From: an uncultured Pseudomonadales bacterium
GTDB taxonomy: Bacteria; Pseudomonadota; Gammaproteobacteria; Pseudomonadales; Pseudohongiellaceae
DNA: 64,000 bases
Reading direction: 5' to 3'
Assembly: GCA_949372635.1 (NCBI GenBank)
Contig: CASIAB010000010.1
Coordinates: 46,072 to 110,071, forward strand
Shown: positions 10,478 through 19,588 of the stretch, piece by piece
Numbering within the stretch: position 1 is the first letter of the stretch
Layout: every line of letters starts with the position of its first letter
The notes under the pieces: model-generated
Databases searched by the model: none
What the model saw: only the letters and a program-made list of their open reading frames with translations
Told to the model about the DNA's origin: nothing
Translations under genes and position numbers: made by a program

Positions 10478-13400
10478 TCATTCCAAATTCGGAGTGAGTA
10501 ATTTTGTCATTTCTGCCGTTGGTTTACCATTTCTATTGGACAGGTCATTTACCTGTTCCTGAGTAATTTTACCTACAGAGAAATACTTAGATTCTGGATG
10601 CCCAAAGTAGAAGCCACTGACGCTGGCAGCTGGATTCATGGCAAAACTCTCGGTCAGCTCGATCTGTGTTTCTTCGGCTGCATTCAGAAGAGAAAAGAGG
10701 GTCTTTTTCTCGGAGTGGTCGGGACAAGCTGGGTAGCCGGGTGCCGGGCGAATCCCCCGGTATTTTTCGTGTATCAATTCTGTCGCGGAGAATTCTTCAG
10801 CGGGATCAAAGCCCCAGAACTCTTTGCGTACACGTTGATGCATGTGCTCTGCAAACGCTTCAGCTAGGCGATCGGCGAGCGCCTTAACCATGATCGCTGT
10901 GTAGTCATCGTTTTCCGCTGAGTACTTGGCTGCGAGCTCTTCGGCACCAATGCCCGCAGTAACGGCGAAGCCGCCTATGTAATCCGTACCATTCTCAGCT
11001 GATTTAGGGGCAATGAAATCAGCCAAGCAAAGATTGGGCAACTCGGTTTCTTTGGGTATCTGCTGCCTGAGGAAATGCAACTTATTAAGCGGAGCACGAG
11101 ACTCATCTGTAGCATAGAGTTGAACGTCGTTGCCCGCAGTCTTGTTGGCCGGCCAGAAACCTATCACAGCCTTGGCTGTTAGTAGCTTCTCATCGACGAT
11201 CTTCTTTAAGAGCGCCTGAGCGTCGGCGAACAGGTCGGTGGCAGCCTCGCCTACTTTTTCGTCGTTCAGGATAGCTGGGTATTTCCCTGCGAGACTCCAA
11301 GTGATAAAGAATGGCGTCCAGTCTATATAGTCAATGAGATGCTCAAGGGAATAATCTGTGAATACCTTCGTGCCTAAGAAGGCAGGTCTCGCAGCTGTAA
11401 AGTTGCTCCAGTCAGCTGTGAAAGGATTTGCATTTGCCTTCTTATAGGGAAGTAACTTGAGTTTGGCTGATCGATTAGCCACTCGCTCTCGAATGACTTC
11501 ATATTCGCTGCGAATTTTGCTCGCATACTCGGGGTTTTTTTTGTCATTGAGTAGGGTGCTAACAACGGACACACTCCTCGAGGCGTCAGGCACATAGATC
11601 GTACTGCCGCTAACATAATGTTGCTCGATCTTTACTGCGGTGTGCGCCTTGGACGTTGTGGCGCCCCCTATCAATAGAGGGATATTAAAATCGAGTCTCT
11701 CCATCTCGCCAGCGACGTGAACCATCTCGTCGAGTGATGGAGTGATCAGGCCGCTGAGGCCAATCACATCGACGTTCTCATCTCTAGCCACCTGGAGAAT
11801 CTTCTCACAGGGAACCATGACTCCTAGATCGATTACATCGTAGTTGTTACAGCCGAGCACAACCCCGACAATATTTTTGCCAATGTCATGTACGTCTCCT
11901 TTTACAGTAGCCATCAAAATCTTGCCCTTGCTCTGTATTGCTCCGCCTTTTTCAGCCTCGATATAGGGAAGCAGATAGGCAACGGCTTGCTTCATTACCC
12001 GTGCACTTTTAACTACTTGCGGCAGAAACATCTTACCGCTACCGAAAAGATCGCCGACCTCATCCATGCCTTTCATTAGAGGGCCTTCAATAACCTCTAT
12101 AGGCTTGTCAGCGTTCTGCCTGGCTTCTTCGGTATCTTCTTCGATGAACTTTGTAATGCCTTTTACGAGAGCATAGGCCAAACGTTTTTCGACATCGGCG
12201 TCTCGCCACGCAATATCTGCAGCGGTTTTCTTTTGAGAATCCCCGAGTAGTTTACTGCTACTTCCATTAAGTTTTCTGTGCCGTTGTCATGCTTGTTGAG
12301 GATGACATCTTCTACTGCTTTCTTAAGGTCTGCCGGAATATCGTCATAGACAGTTAGTTGTCCAGCATTGACGATGCCCATTGTTAGGCCGGCCTGTATC
12401 GCGTGATAAAGAAAGACAGAGTGAATAGCTTCGCGAACGGTATTGTTGCCTCTGAATGAAAACGAGACATTACTTACGCCACCAGATATCAATGCACCTG
12501 GTAGGTTTTTCTTTATATAACGGCAAGCTTCGATGAAGTCCACGGCATAATTGTTATGCTCTTCGATGCCGGTTGCCACAGCGAAGATATTGGGGTCAAA
12601 TATGATATCTTCAGCGGGAAAGCCGATTGTCTGCGTTAGTAGGTCGTAGCTACGCTTGCAGATTGCGTTCTTCTTCTCCAGCGAATCTGCCTGACCTTTT
12701 TCGTCGAATGCCATAACGATAATCGCCGCACCATATTTCAGGCAGAGCTTAGCTTTCGCGAGAAAATCTTCCTCGCCTTCTTTCAGGCTGATCGAATTTA
12801 CGATGGACTTGCCCTGAACACACTTGAGCCCAGCTTCTATTATCTCCCACTTGGATGAGTCGATCATGATCGGCACGCGGCAGATGTCTGGTTCAGAGGC
12901 AATGAGCTTGAGAAATATTTTCATTGCCATCTCGGAATCGAGCATGCCCTCGTCCATGTTGATATCGATTATCTGTGCACCAGACTCAACCTGCTGCAAT
13001 GCGACCTCGAGTGCTTCTTCATAGTTTTCATCAATAATCAGTCGGGAAAATTTTGCCGAGCCGGTTATATTGGTCCGTTCGCCTACATTTACGAACAAGG
13101 ACGCCGCATCGATATTGAAGGCTTCTAAGCCGGCTAGGCGACACGCAGGCTTAAGTTGTGGAATCGTGCGGGGAGTGACTCCTTCAACTGCCTTACATAT
13201 AGCAGTGATGTGATCCGGAGTAGTACCGCAGCATCCGCCGACTACATTGACGAAACCTCTTTCGGCAAAGTCGGCGATGATGGCCGCCATTTCACTAGGA
13301 GACTGATCATATTCCCCAAACTCATTTGGCAGACCAGCATTCGGATGAGTGGTAACGTAGCAATTCACTATCGCTGCTGTCTCCTCAATGTGAGGGCGCA

Positions 13401-14166
13401 GCTGCTCAGCACCTAATGCGCAATTGAAGCCAATTGATAGAGGCTGTGCATGGGAAATCGAGTTACAGAAAGCGGCGACGGTCTGGCCTGAAAGAGTGCG
13501 GCCACTGGCGTCGGTAATCGTGCCCGATATCATTATAGGAAGAGTCAGGCCCTTGGCCTCAAAGCATTCGCTAATAGCAAAGATTGCGGCCTTCGCATTC
13601 AGCGTATCGAACGCCGTCTCGATCATGATGATATCGGCGCCACCGTCAATGAGCGCGTTGGTGGAGTTGCTGTAATCGGCTACTAATTCATCGAAGTTGA
13701 TATTTCTGAAACCAGGGTCACTGACCTTGGGTGAGAGCGATGCTGTCTTGCTCGTTGGTCCTAACACGCCGGCAACGAATCTAGGCTTATCCGGTGTCGT
13801 CGCTGTTATTTCATCAGCTGCCGCTCTGGCGAGCTTGGATGCTTCTAAATTGAGTTCGTAGGCCAGATCTTCCAGGTGATAGTCCGATTGAGAGCTGCGT
13901 GTCGAATTGAAGGTATTGGTTTCGATGATATCCGCGCCCGCGAGGAGGAATGCAAGATGGATTTGCTTGATCACTTCAGGTTGAGTTAGCGAGAGTAAAT
14001 CGTTGTTGCCTGCTAGCTCATGGGGAAAGTCTGCAAAGCGGTCGCTGCGAAATTCTGCATCGGATAGTTTGTGTGACTGAATCATGGTGCCCATAGCACC
14101 ATCGAGCACCAAAATGCGCTGTTGTAGGAGTCTGCGTAGACGTACTTCTGATTCGCTGGTTTTCAT
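10478..14166 (-). pseudogene. metH: cobalamin-dependent methionine synthase, split by one frameshift
   Basis: ORF 12163..14217 covers the Hcy-binding and pterin-binding modules ([14 protein letters not shown]...). ORF 10478..12181 covers the cap, B12-binding ([11 protein letters not shown]) and AdoMet-activation modules. On the coding strand, ..AVNYSG reads into ILKRKPLQ..*, whereas the -1 frame reads [32 protein letters not shown]. Adding one base to the C4 run at 12241-12244 (G4 on the coding strand) gives ~1229 codons. The likely true start is ATG at 14166 ([23 protein letters not shown]) rather than TTG at 14217. Confidence 0.9.
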
Positions 14167-14352
14167 GTTGGCGTGCTCAATTCGCTGTTTGCTGCTGGAG
14201 ACAAGATAGCTGTTCAAAAAATCCTACAAGTTTAGCAAAAATGCAGGCCTAGGGCATTGTGAAAATAACCCAGTAATGTGCTGGGTTATTCTAATTTCTG
14301 ATCTATTGGAGTATAATTATAGCAGCCGTAAAAATAAGCGTGAGAAAGACAT

Positions 14353-14931
14353 ATGGTAACCGTCACCGAATCTGCACAAGAATACCTTACAGAGTTGCTA
14401 GAGAAGCAAGATTGTGACGGTATATCAGTGCGAATTTTCATTCTGGATGCAGGCACGCCGAAAGCTGAAACCTGTATATCATTTTGTCGCCCCGGAGAAG
14501 AAAAAGAAGACGACGAACTGAAGCAGTATGAAAACTTCAAGACATTCATCGAACTCGCTAGCATACCTTTTTTAGAAGAGGCTGTAGTGGACTTCGCTAA
14601 GGACTCAATGGGTGGGCAGCTTACGATTAAGGCGCCAAACTCTCGCTTGCCTAAGATTTCCGACGATAGCCCAATCGAAGACCGAGTTAATTATATCCTT
14701 TACAACGAAGTCAATCCCGGGTTGGCAGCTCATGGTGGAAATGTTTCTCTCGAAGAGATATTTGAAGAGAATGTCGCCGTCCTTCGCTTTGGTGGAGGCT
14801 GTCAGGGTTGCGGAATGGTCGATGTCACGCTTAAAAACGGAGTAGAGAAGACTTTACTAGAACAAGTTCCTCAGTTGAAGGAAGTGCGTGACGTTACGGA
14901 TCACACAGTCAAAGAGAACGCTTACTACTAG
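14353..14931 (+). CDS. nfuA: Fe-S cluster biogenesis protein NfuA
   Basis: 192 aa. Degenerate A-type N-domain plus a Nfu C-domain with GGGCQGCGM. Confidence 0.9.
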   Translation: MVTVTESAQEYLTELLEKQDCDGISVRIFILDAGTPKAETCISFCRPGEEKEDDELKQYENFKTFIELASIPFLEEAVVDFAKDSMGGQLTIKAPNSRLPKISDDSPIEDRVNYILYNEVNPGLAAHGGNVSLEEIFEENVAVLRFGGGCQGCGMVDVTLKNGVEKTLLEQVPQLKEVRDVTDHTVKENAYY

Positions 14932-14952
14932 CAAGCTCGAGTCGATCGAAGA

Positions 14953-15612
14953 CTAGTTCGGATAGTGATTGCTTAGAGCCGAGTAGAGTTTGTCTTCGTA
15001 CTCGGCATCACTTGAGTCTAGATCCGCCATTACCTCTACCAAATACTCATTATCCTCGCGTCCGTTCCACATTTTCTGATAGCTACCATCTTTATAGCCA
15101 TGATCCTGACGGAAGAAATTGAGAACATTCTTGCCGACGTACTGGCAGTACAAATCGGTCCAACACATCTGGCAATTGCTCATTATCGACGCAAATACTG
15201 AGAGCTCGATCCTTCGCGCAGCAGAGATTCCAATAAGTAGCTCAATCTGTTCAAGTAGATCCATCGTACCTAAATTGTACGATTTTCCGTCGAAATTCAC
15301 ATGATTTGAATCTTCTAAGGCCCCGAGCTGTTCGTTCAGCTTAAGTAGGGCTGCAGTCTCGCTTCCTCCCTCGTTAAGCAAGATCTGAGAGAGCAGGAAA
15401 TGCCAGATATCGATCAACTCCATCTGCAGTTGCGGGAGGTCCTTTTCCTGTTTTTTCCACCATTTCCAGCCATGATGCTCTATGGCTTCCGCGGCCTCGA
15501 TAAGCACGGCGCGCAGGTAAGGATAGCGACTGGCTACCCAATTAGGGTCTACCTTCGCGTTCATGGCTGACTGAAGTGTCAGCATGGTTCTAGCCTGTTG
15601 ATCTGACAGCAT
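14953..15612 (-). CDS. dimeric all-alpha dUTP diphosphatase (dUTPase_2 family)
   Basis: 219 aa. ELIDIWHFLLS and YVGKNVLNFFRQDHGYKDGSYQKMWNGREDNEYL closely match my recollection of the Campylobacter-type dimeric dUTPase (YIGKNVLNIFRQNNGYKDGSYKKTWNGKEDNEVL). Confidence 0.8.
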   Translation of the reverse strand: MLSDQQARTMLTLQSAMNAKVDPNWVASRYPYLRAVLIEAAEAIEHHGWKWWKKQEKDLPQLQMELIDIWHFLLSQILLNEGGSETAALLKLNEQLGALEDSNHVNFDGKSYNLGTMDLLEQIELLIGISAARRIELSVFASIMSNCQMCWTDLYCQYVGKNVLNFFRQDHGYKDGSYQKMWNGREDNEYLVEVMADLDSSDAEYEDKLYSALSNHYPN

Positions 15613-15717
15613 GGGAGCGGATTCTTTGGTTAATAAGGCGGGTGTTGGGTTGTTCGAAAGTATTACTGGTCTGTATTCTCTATGCGTTCAGACATCTTAG
15701 ATATCTGTGGTTTTTAT

Positions 15718-15975
15718 CTAGTTCGAGCCGACTGATTGGAGTTTTGCCTGTTTTGCTAGTGTGCTAAGCATTTCTTTGCGACTGCTCAGCATATCGTTAT
15801 AAGATTTTCTGGCGGCTAGCACCTCAGAAGTATCTTTATCTGACGAATCGAGTTCGGTGAGCCAAGCTTCTAAGACTTGAATCTCACTATTGAGTTGAGC
15901 GGCGCCTTCTTCGATCAATTTTTGATCAATGCTGACACCAGCATCATCAATTTGCTTCTGACGCTTGTCTTTCAT
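15718..15975 (-). CDS. hypothetical small coiled-coil protein (85 aa, acidic)
   Basis: ATG is preceded by AGGAA about 7 nt upstream. The sequence has heptad-like composition. I recognise no family. Confidence 0.45.
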   Translation of the reverse strand: MKDKRQKQIDDAGVSIDQKLIEEGAAQLNSEIQVLEAWLTELDSSDKDTSEVLAARKSYNDMLSSRKEMLSTLAKQAKLQSVGSN

Positions 15976-15985
15976 GGTTGGTTTC

Positions 15986-16231
15986 CTAGTTTCCCCAACG
16001 GCCTCTGCTAGAGAGACTTATTCTCAGCGGCACCTTGATAGCATCGGCCGATTCAATAAGGTCTGTACGTCTATAGCTGTTTTTATAGCCTTTTGGAGAG
16101 AACAGAGCCATAGGCAGGATGGCATAGTCCAATTTTGGGGTCAAGATACCCCGGACTGAAGCAAGTAGATGTTCGTAATGTCCTAAGTAGAAGGGCGTAA
16201 TACAGGTCAGTATTTTGCCGAACAGAGCCAC
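15986..16231 (-). CDS. hypothetical ORF (81 aa, basic), possibly a gene remnant
   Basis: It has only a GTG start. The frame stays open about 100 nt further upstream, to a stop near 16330, with no ATG, and it overlaps the tRNA-Glu promoter on the other strand. I recognise no family. Confidence 0.2.
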   Translation of the reverse strand: MALFGKILTCITPFYLGHYEHLLASVRGILTPKLDYAILPMALFSPKGYKNSYRRTDLIESADAIKVPLRISLSSRGRWGN

Positions 16232-16308
16232 TGGCTGCGAGTAAGCAGAGAAAGGTGCACATTTTCTATGAACTAAGCATAAATAATCCGAATATTCGAG
16301 CTTTGCTC

Positions 16309-16337
16309 TTGACTGAACAGGCCAAGCTTCTTAGAAT
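16309..16337 (+). promoter_or_regulatory. sigma70-type promoter of tRNA-Glu
   Basis: TTGACT (16309-16314), a 17-nt spacer and TAGAAT (16332-16337), followed by a GC-rich discriminator (CCCTCGC). It lies ~38 nt upstream of the mature tRNA 5' end. Confidence 0.6.
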
Positions 16338-16374
16338 CCCTCGCTGCTTGAGAGAGCAGTTGAGTAAAGTCACT

Positions 16375-16450
<76 letters not shown>

Positions 16451-16455
16451 TATGT

Positions 16456-16484
16456 AAGAGCCCGGCTAACGCCGGGCTTTTCTA
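16456..16484 (+). terminator. rho-independent terminator after tRNA-Glu
   Basis: Stem AGCCCGGC / GCCGGGCT with loop TAAC, followed by TTTTCTATTTC. Confidence 0.75.
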
Positions 16485-16620
16485 TTTCTAGACTATCTGT
16501 TTTTGCGCCGACTCTTCCTGCTCGTGCTGCACTCACTCGGTTGCCAATCGTATTAACAATCGACATACTTCTGCTGGCATCGGCGCATGCGGACAACACC
16601 ACCAATGAAGACTACTTTAG

Positions 16621-17544
16621 ATGACCACAGCAATCTCCATTCAAAACCTAGCTAAAACCTATGCAAACGGTTTCGAGGCACTCAAGGGTATTACTCTAGA
16701 AGTAGAGCAGGGTGATTTTTTTGCACTATTGGGGCCCAACGGCGCGGGCAAATCAACCACCATTGGGGTGATTTCAACGCTGGTCAACAAGACGGCCGGC
16801 TCGGTAGAGGTTTTTGGTAAGAGCGTTGAGTCTCACGTTTACCAGACGAAACTAGACTTCGGTGTCGTTCCGCAGGAAGTGAATTTCAGCCTATTCGAGA
16901 AGGTAGGCGACATCGTCATGACACAGGCCGGTTACTACGGTCTGCCGCGAAACCTCGCCGCAGAGCGCTGTGAGAAATACTTGCGTAAGTTAGGCTTATG
17001 GGAGAAGCGCAATGAGCGCTCCAGATCTCTCTCTGGCGGCATGAAAAGACGCTTGATGATTGCTAGAGCGCTCGTCCATGAGCCAAGATTACTTATACTT
17101 GATGAGCCTACAGCAGGTGTCGATATAGAATTGCGACGCTCGATGTGGGAATTTTTGACTGAGATAAACAATAATGGTACGACGATTATACTGACGACGC
17201 ATTATTTGGAAGAGGCTGAGCAACTCTGCCGCAATATCGCCATTATTGATGAAGGCAAAATAGTAGAGAACACCAGCATGCGTAAGCTGCTAAATGAGCT
17301 AGATTCTCAAGTCTATATTTTAGAAACAACTTCGCAGATATCACCAGGTTTTGATTTGAATTTGAACAATGCCAGTCTGGAAATTGTAGATGAGCATTGC
17401 TTTGAGGTAACGGTCTCTGGTGGTCTTAGTGTCAATGACGTGTTCGCTGTGTTTAGTGAGGCGGGGATAGAAATTGATAGCATGAGAAACAAGACGAATA
17501 GACTGGAGCAGTTATTTTTGTCCAAGCTCGAAAGTAACGACTAG
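16621..17544 (+). CDS. yadG: ABC transporter ATP-binding protein (ABC-2 type, YadG-like)
   Basis: 307 aa. Walker A GPNGAGKST, signature LSGGMKRR, Walker B LLILDEPT. Confidence 0.85.
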   Translation: MTTAISIQNLAKTYANGFEALKGITLEVEQGDFFALLGPNGAGKSTTIGVISTLVNKTAGSVEVFGKSVESHVYQTKLDFGVVPQEVNFSLFEKVGDIVMTQAGYYGLPRNLAAERCEKYLRKLGLWEKRNERSRSLSGGMKRRLMIARALVHEPRLLILDEPTAGVDIELRRSMWEFLTEINNNGTTIILTTHYLEEAEQLCRNIAIIDEGKIVENTSMRKLLNELDSQVYILETTSQISPGFDLNLNNASLEIVDEHCFEVTVSGGLSVNDVFAVFSEAGIEIDSMRNKTNRLEQLFLSKLESND

Positions 17545-17555
17545 GAAAATACACA

Positions 17556-18329
17556 GTGTTCTCTAATCATAAATACATAGCTTTTGAAACAATAGTCTTA
17601 AGGGAGATCCGCCGGTTCGGTCGAATCTGGTTACAGACTCTCGTGCCGCCCGCGATTACGATCGGGCTCTACTTTGTGATCTTTGGCAATTTGGTAGGTA
17701 AGCGAATCGGTGAAATGGGCGGTTTCCAGTACATGGAATTTATTGTGCCTGGCCTGATCATGATGGCGGTTATACAGAACTCGTATTCTAACGTCGTCTC
17801 ATCTTTCTTCAGTCATAAATTTCAGCATAGCGTAGAAGAATTGTTAGTAGCCCCGGTACCGAATTACGTAATTCTCTGTGGTTTTATAGTTGGGGGAATG
17901 GCACGGGGATTAGCTGTTGGAACAATCGTAACCTTTATCTCGATGCTTTTTGCTGATCTAGAAATACAAAATCTATTTATCACCGTTACCGTCGTGCTCT
18001 TAACGTCTATTGTGTTTGCACTTGCAGGCTTTATAAACGCGTTATTTGCGAATAGCTTCGATGATATTTCCATAATCCCTACGTTTGTTCTTACTCCACT
18101 TATCTATCTGGGCGGCGTTTTCTATTCAGTAGAGCTTCTGCCTCCATTTTGGAAGTTTGTCTCCGCTCTGAATCCGATATTTTATATGGTCAACACATTT
18201 AGATACGGTATTTTGGGATCCTCGGATGTGGATATCAGGTGGGCTTTCTTTATCCTTTGCGTATTCATAGTTTTATTGTTTACTTCCTGCATTTTGCTAC
18301 TACGCAAGGGAACTGGTCTAAGATCCTAG
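17556..18329 (+). CDS. yadH: ABC-2 family transporter permease (YadH-like)
   Basis: 257 aa with a GTG start. It is collinear with my recollection of E. coli YadH (IWLQTLVPP, FIVPGLIMM, EELLVAPVP, TFVLTPLIYLGGVFYS, LNPIFYM, ends RKGTGLRS). Confidence 0.85.
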   Translation: MFSNHKYIAFETIVLREIRRFGRIWLQTLVPPAITIGLYFVIFGNLVGKRIGEMGGFQYMEFIVPGLIMMAVIQNSYSNVVSSFFSHKFQHSVEELLVAPVPNYVILCGFIVGGMARGLAVGTIVTFISMLFADLEIQNLFITVTVVLLTSIVFALAGFINALFANSFDDISIIPTFVLTPLIYLGGVFYSVELLPPFWKFVSALNPIFYMVNTFRYGILGSSDVDIRWAFFILCVFIVLLFTSCILLLRKGTGLRS

Positions 18330-18344
18330 CAGCTGCGACTTATT

Positions 18345-19163
18345 ATGACGGACAATCCTCTCGGTAGTCAGACAGAACATCCAAAACAGTACCAACCAGA
18401 GGTGTTGTATGCAATACCACGTTGGGCTAGTCGCTCGTTGTTGGATATCGACAAAAAAATTCGCATGTTTGGTCTCGATCATTGGCAAGCATATGAGCTT
18501 TCCTGGCTGAGCAGTTTAGGCAAGCCACAGGTCGCGATAGGCGAGTTCTATTTCAATTCGGAATCGGAAAACATCGTCGAATCAAAATCGCTAAAACTCT
18601 ATCTGAATTCTTTAAATCAAGAGCGTTATAAAAGCACGGAGACCGTAAGGTCTCTTGTCGAGAAAGACCTTTCATCGATAAGTCGCTCGGAAGTAAAGGT
18701 AGTTATACATCCGCTAGACGAAATAGAAGATAAAGTATGTGGTGCAAGAGCAGGCAAGTGTATAGACCACTTCGATGTCGAACTTATCGCACAACAGCCA
18801 GATTCACAGTTGCTTAATATTACAGATGTAGATGCTGACGACGAGGTTCTCTATTCAGACCTGTTTAGGTCAAACTGCCCAGTGACTGGCCAGCCAGATT
18901 GGGCGAGCATCGAGATACGCTACACCGGTAAGAAGATTAGCGAATCGAGTTTGTTAGAGTACTTGATTTCCTTCCGTGAACATCTCGGCTATCACGAAGA
19001 GTGTGCTGAGCGTATATTTCGCGACATCATGCTGAAATGCGCGCCCAGCGAACTCAGAGTGGGAATGAACTTCTTGCGCCGAGGTGGGCTAGATATTAAC
19101 GTCTACCGAAGCACTGCGCCTGTAACATCTGACTCAGTAAACAGTCGTCTCATTAGACAATAA
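18345..19163 (+). CDS. queF: NADPH-dependent 7-cyano-7-deazaguanine (preQ0) reductase, bimodular type
   Basis: 272 aa. ESKSLKLYLNS, catalytic CPVTGQPDWASIEIRY, HEECAERIFRDI. Confidence 0.9.
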   Translation: MTDNPLGSQTEHPKQYQPEVLYAIPRWASRSLLDIDKKIRMFGLDHWQAYELSWLSSLGKPQVAIGEFYFNSESENIVESKSLKLYLNSLNQERYKSTETVRSLVEKDLSSISRSEVKVVIHPLDEIEDKVCGARAGKCIDHFDVELIAQQPDSQLLNITDVDADDEVLYSDLFRSNCPVTGQPDWASIEIRYTGKKISESSLLEYLISFREHLGYHEECAERIFRDIMLKCAPSELRVGMNFLRRGGLDINVYRSTAPVTSDSVNSRLIRQ

Positions 19164-19172
19164 ACGGCGAAC

Positions 19173-19201
19173 TTGAATTCAAACTAGCGGTAAGCTAAGG
19201 T
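19173..19201 (+). promoter_or_regulatory. candidate sigma70 promoter of tRNA-Ser
   Basis: TTGAAT (19173-19178), a 17-nt spacer and TAAGGT (19196-19201), with a GC-rich discriminator. The architecture matches the tRNA-Glu and tRNA-Ala promoters, but the -10 is weaker. Confidence 0.4.
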
Positions 19202-19241
19202 TACGCCGCTCTCGCAACAGCCAGTATGCGAACAGAACAAT

Positions 19242-19329
19242 GGTGAGGTGTCCGAGAGGCCGATGGAGCACGCTTGGAAAGTGTGTAAACAGAAATGTTT
19301 CCAGGGTTCGAATCCCTGTCTCACCGCCA
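19242..19329 (+). tRNA. tRNA-Ser (anticodon GGA)
   Basis: GGTGAGGTGTCCGAGAGGCCGATGGAGCACGCTTGGAAAGTGTG...GGTTCGAATCCCTGTCTCACCGCCA. It has a long variable arm, anticodon loop TTGGAAA and an encoded CCA, and resembles E. coli tRNA-Ser(GGA). Confidence 0.93.
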
Positions 19330-19330
19330 T

Positions 19331-19368
19331 AAACAAAAAGCCCGACTTCCGTCGGGTTTTTTGTTTAT
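19331..19368 (+). terminator. strong (potentially bidirectional) rho-independent terminator after tRNA-Ser
   Basis: ATAAACAAAAAGCCCGAC-TTCC-GTCGGGTTTTTTGTTTAT. This gives ~18 paired positions (one G-U), with an A-tract and T-tract on either side. Confidence 0.8.
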
Positions 19369-19588
19369 GGCCTTAAGGTCGGGTGAGGACCATTCGGTTC
19401 GACAGGAGTGCAGGACAGCCAAAGGCTGACCATAGGGCGAGAGAATTAGCTAAGCTAATAGTGAGTGAATCCCTCCGGGCGCCCCACTGAACTATAAAAG
19501 ATACCCTTCCATCGCATAGAGTACCCATCTAGCACCCCTTAAGGTAATATCCTCAAAGCACATAATTCCAGCCACTCGGGGGGGCAGC

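Noticed and set aside
15718-16231. Reading the basic 81-aa and acidic 85-aa ORF pair as a toxin-antitoxin module.
   Set aside because: The pair has only the size and charge pattern of a TA module. There is no recognisable toxin or antitoxin fold motif. The upstream ORF lacks a credible start and RBS, and no operator-like palindrome is visible upstream.
19371-19546. 9-bp direct repeat CCTTAAGGT at 19371-19379 and 19538-19546 flanking ~160 bp next to tRNA-Ser, plus a GGTTCGA T-loop-like string. This could be a MITE, an att-site scar or a tRNA fragment.
   Set aside because: The repeat is itself a short palindrome (CCTTAAGG) that could recur by chance. There are no terminal inverted repeats inside it and no copy of the tRNA-Ser 3' end. 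The T-loop-like string has no surrounding cloverleaf, and no integrase is nearby.
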